Of a stretch of 26,627 nucleotides of DNA, positions 26,217 through 26,627 are shown one piece after another. The DNA comes from Escherichia phage vB_EcoM-613R2: sequence record ON470591.1; one strand, written 5' to 3'. A program made the position numbers and the translations under genes. The notes beneath the pieces were generated by a model. The model made no database searches. It was not told the origin of the DNA and was given only the letters and a program-made list of their open reading frames with translations. Numbering within the stretch: position 1 is the first letter of the stretch; every line of letters starts with the position of its first letter.

Positions 26217-26627
26217 TTACGCAGGGATCAAACAGATGTGGCCGTTATTTACCTCAATACGGGAATATTCCTGCTTACCATCCACGATTCCGGTAATGAC
26301 AAGTTCGCCATCAGGCGACCATTCTTCTTTGTCGTCTTCAAGTACCGCGCCTTCTGGCAAATCAATACAGGCAAAAACAGGGCAGCCAGGATGACGTTTA
26401 TCCTCCATCGCAATCAGCATCGACTCACCGAACCACTCTGTGGTAGCACGGCCATCAGCCGCCTGATAGTGAATCAGATACTGGTTTTCGCCATTTGCAT
26501 ACTGAGCACGGGCTTTAACTTCTCCCCATTCGTCACTGATACGCATTGTTACCAGTTGGGATAATTCAAACTTAAACGGAACAGCATCTGCACCAATGGC
26601 AATCGGTTTATCTTCTTTCTTTTCCAT
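26217..26627 (-). CDS. Hypothetical protein (136 aa as seen); the ATG coincides with the window edge, so the gene may extend beyond it
   Basis: Open frame from the window edge to a stop at 26217. Acidic protein. No motif recognised. Followed by a 234 bp non-coding gap. Confidence 0.5.
   Translation of the reverse strand: MEKKEDKPIAIGADAVPFKFELSQLVTMRISDEWGEVKARAQYANGENQYLIHYQAADGRATTEWFGESMLIAMEDKRHPGCPVFACIDLPEGAVLEDDKEEWSPDGELVITGIVDGKQEYSRIEVNNGHICLIPA

Noticed and set aside
26062-26564. Plus-strand ORFs of 110 and 131 aa at the upper end of the window
   Set aside because: They overlap the minus-strand gene 26217-26627 and the structured intergenic gap, with no start context. Treated as spurious.
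1-26627. CRISPR arrays, rRNA, integrase, transposase or insertion-sequence ends
   Set aside because: No regularly spaced short direct repeats, no rRNA-like conserved stretches, and no recombinase or transposase-like translations were seen in any frame. Prophage attachment sites cannot be placed from this window alone.

Overview
This 26.6 kb window is almost entirely the late (virion morphogenesis) region of a tailed phage or prophage of enterobacterial type. Nearly all genes lie on the minus strand, tightly packed, many with stop/start overlaps (TAATG, ATGA). Reading in the direction of transcription (high to low coordinates): an accessory module of ParB-N-terminal-domain proteins plus a ParB-methyltransferase fusion (23250-25982); a 556 bp AT-rich non-coding gap; a third ParB-like gene coupled to a Nu1-like small terminase; a gpA-like large terminase; a lambda-type head module (gpW-like, portal, ClpP-like protease/scaffold, decoration protein D, major capsid protein E); head-tail joining genes; then a P2/Mu-type contractile tail (sheath, tube, chaperone with a -1 frameshift, tape measure, X, D, V, W, J, I); a long tail fiber; and a lambda-Tfa-like assembly protein. 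A single plus-strand gene (283-846) encodes a hexapeptide-repeat acetyltransferase convergent with tfa. No rRNA, tRNA, CRISPR array, integrase or transposase is visible. All calls come from reading the supplied translations and DNA by eye; no database search was run, and composition statements are visual estimates. The most unusual content is the ParB/methyltransferase gene set upstream of the packaging genes, followed by the acetyltransferase next to the tail fiber locus.
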